Source: Octopus bimaculoides (lineage: Eukaryota). Taken from it: 52,913 bases of DNA. The notes below the pieces were generated by a model, which searched no databases, had not been told where the DNA came from, and saw only the letters and a program-made list of their open reading frames with translations. Positions 50,214-52,913 of this stretch are shown here, one piece after another. Numbering within the stretch: the stretch's first letter is position 1; the number at the start of each line of letters is the position of its first letter. The stretch is from positions 11,018,427-11,071,339 of the forward strand of contig NC_068993.1 in the NCBI RefSeq assembly GCF_001194135.2, given 5' to 3'. Both the position numbers and the translations under genes were made by a program.

Positions 50214-50897
50214 ACAAATCAGGTGGATGGTTTGCGTCCTCTAAATGGCTTTACGCGATGTCTGTAGTCAAGACGTTGGACTGGAGAGTGAGCTCTCTGT
50301 CGCGTATACGAGTTATGAAATCCTTCAGCGCGTGGACCTCCATCACCCCAAACTGCATTGCCTTGGTCACATGATCTAAATCTGCCCATATTTTTTTCAG
50401 AGCTCTTTCCTCCTGGGCGTGTGTCGCTGCTTCTATACAACAAGTTTTAGCCGGCACACGGCGAAACATTTGGCTACCATTTCAAACGGGTGGGCAGACT
50501 ACCTAAAGGCTACCTCATTGGCTTGTTACAAATATCACATATAGACACATCTTGATGGGAGATTTTAAACATCATCTCTGTAAAAAACATTAGCTGAGAT
50601 TGTTTATAATCCTCTCTTGTGTCATATAATCTGTATATTCTGTCACAGATGAAAATAAATAGATCTGTTTAGAACATTGGACGGACAAGAATACAATTAT
50701 TATATACATAGAAAAAAACTATTACCATTTTCAGGGTTACGAGACCGGGCGGAAAAAGAGGGGTTCTATTTTCAGACCAATGTTAAAAGCCTTTGAAGCT
50801 GCCCCAGTTTTAAGCTATTTCCCGGGGATTCTGAAATCGATTTCATATTAGTCCAACTACCGGGCATAGTCTTCACCTGGTTACATATATTCTTGCT

Positions 50898-50928
<31 letters not shown>

Positions 50929-51107
50929 GTGGAACAAATAGGCCCTGCAATAAGGGTGGAGCACTTGCAGAAAACAGCACTGCTTGGAACCACTCGAATA
51001 CTCCAGAAGGTGCTCGAAAAATAAGAGGTGTTACCTTAGTTCACTGGTAGTGAACAGCTGACACCGACACCGTAGTACATCTTCAGCGTTAGAAGCTGTG
51101 CAAAGGC
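50929..51107 (+). mobile_element. Extreme 3' end of a second R4/Dong-type family
   Basis: VEQIGPAIRVEHLQKTALLGTTRILQKVLEK* (stop 51022-51024) matches the R4/Dong terminal motif QKxALLGTARILRKVL. The 83-nt 3' UTR has hairpin gttcact-ggt-agtgaac. (CTA)n lies on the 5' side and (AAT)n on the 3' side. Confidence 0.88.
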
Positions 51108-51179
<72 letters not shown>

Positions 51180-51199
51180 TGTTTTTCAATTGCCAGAAG

Positions 51200-51380
51200 C
51201 TCAGCAATTACATCGAACCCAGTTCTTGACAAGATACTTTATATTGTTGACCCCGAAAGGATGAAAGGCAAAAATTGACTCCAGCAGGATTTGATCTCAG
51301 TGTGTAACTAAAGAGCCGTAACTAAATGCTGCAAAGCATTTGGTCCGATGACTTCACAATTCTGCCAAGCCACCACACTA
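51200..51380 (-). mobile_element. SINE family A (diverged)
   Basis: attacatcgaacccagt...gaccccgaaaggatgaaaggcaaaaattgactccagcaggatttgatctcag...gcaaagcatttggtccga...ttctgccaagccacc. Confidence 0.75.
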
Positions 51381-51530
51381 AACAACAATAACAACAACAA
51401 CAACAACAACAACAACAATAATGATGAGCAGAGCAGTCACAATTAGTATTTAGTATTTATCAGTCATTAGTAGACGTAACATCATTATCATTGATCACTC
51501 GAACATCATCAACTTCATCTGGATTATTAC

Positions 51531-51549
<19 letters not shown>

Positions 51550-51575
<26 letters not shown>

Positions 51576-51586
51576 CATCAATTTTG

Positions 51587-51617
<31 letters not shown>

Positions 51618-51625
51618 CATCATTA

Positions 51626-51677
<52 letters not shown>

Positions 51678-51890
51678 TGTCATTATAACAATTCTTTTTT
51701 CTTCTTCTTCTCCTTCTTCTTCTTCTTCTTCTTCTTCTTCTTCTCCTTCTTCTTCTCCTTCTTCTTCTTCTTCTTCTTTTTTTTTCTTCTTCTTCTTCTT
51801 CTTCTTCTTCTTCTTTTTCCTCTTCTTCTTCTTCTTCTTCTTCTTCTTCTTCTTCTTCTTCTTCTTCTTCTTCTTCTTCTTCTTCTTCTC
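51550..51890. repeat. (TTA)n then (TTC)n microsatellites
   Basis: Directly visible. Confidence 0.95.
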
Positions 51891-52074
51891 GCTATTATTA
51901 TCGTTATTATAATTAGTACCGTTGTTTATGCGAATTTGTTCTCGTATAGTTTTGTTGTTTGTCTGTTATCTGTTAGTTAATCATCTTACACATCAATGAA
52001 CGGGATAATACAAATGTATACGGCTCCGTTACGAACATTAATTAAGCCTAAAGTAACAACTCGTAATTTATAAA

Positions 52075-52107
<33 letters not shown>

Positions 52108-52292
52108 TATACGTATGCCTGTATGTGTGTGTATGAATGTATGAATACATACACACACTCAGGTGCATGCAGACACACGCAGATACATGAATACGAGGAT
52201 ATAAGTGTGTATGTCTGTATACGCAGACTTGAGAGTAAGTATATTCATGTATATGTATATAATAGATATCTAACATTATCTATGGAGGTGTA

Positions 52293-52354
<62 letters not shown>

Positions 52355-52462
52355 CACACCACACACACACGCAGGTACGCACACACATATACACGCGTAT
52401 ATTGCATTTCATATATAAGTATATGTAAGTTTAGATGTATATATGTGTGTATGTATATGTGG

Positions 52463-52505
<43 letters not shown>

Positions 52506-52719
52506 TAGATAGATAGATATGGTCATGTATACAGATATTTGTGTGCGTTTGTGAATGTATATACAAATGTACATACATACATACATATATGAACATATAA
52601 ATATAAACACGCACAGATATGTATATACATAGCCACGTTCACACACTCACACACATACGCATGTATGTGTGTGTGTGTGTGTAAGTAAATACAGAAAGAG
52701 AGGTGCAGGGGGAAGAAAA

Positions 52720-52767
<48 letters not shown>

Positions 52768-52913
52768 TCAGTGAGAGTGTGATTAGTGATATGAGTAGGT
52801 TCGAATGCGTATATTCTTAAGCGTGTATACACCTATCTACCTGCAAGTGTAAATGTGTCATATATATATACACAAACACACACACATATATACATGCATA
52901 TATGTTTATATAT

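Overview
This window is AT-rich, microsatellite-saturated eukaryotic DNA with 14 N-gaps, most of them flanked by (TA)n. The repeat repertoire looks like octopus/coleoid cephalopod genomic DNA; this is my inference from recalled repeat motifs, not from a search. I found no host protein-coding gene that I can support. Almost all ORFs in the track are translations of simple repeats or gaps, so the window is intergenic or deep intronic. The identifiable content is mobile DNA and repeats. (i) About 20 tRNA-derived SINE copies fall into at least three families, labelled A, B and C here. (ii) A young, 5'-truncated Tx1/L1-type ORF2 C-terminus sits inside a (TATC)n array. (iii) Three R4/Dong-type restriction-like-endonuclease fragments each abut (AAT)n/(AAC)n. 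(iv) There is a CR1/L2-like 3' end, Penelope-like remnants, and mariner, hAT-like and piggyBac-like MITEs. (v) There are 16-, 25-, 44- and about 142-bp tandem repeats and four near-perfect hairpins. The most interesting signals are two minimal type-I hammerhead ribozyme folds that share a non-canonical CUGUUGA core. One of them lies in the tail of a tRNA-headed SINE flanked by an 86-bp direct repeat. The second notable pattern is that several unrelated retrotransposon clades appear to be inserted in specific microsatellites.
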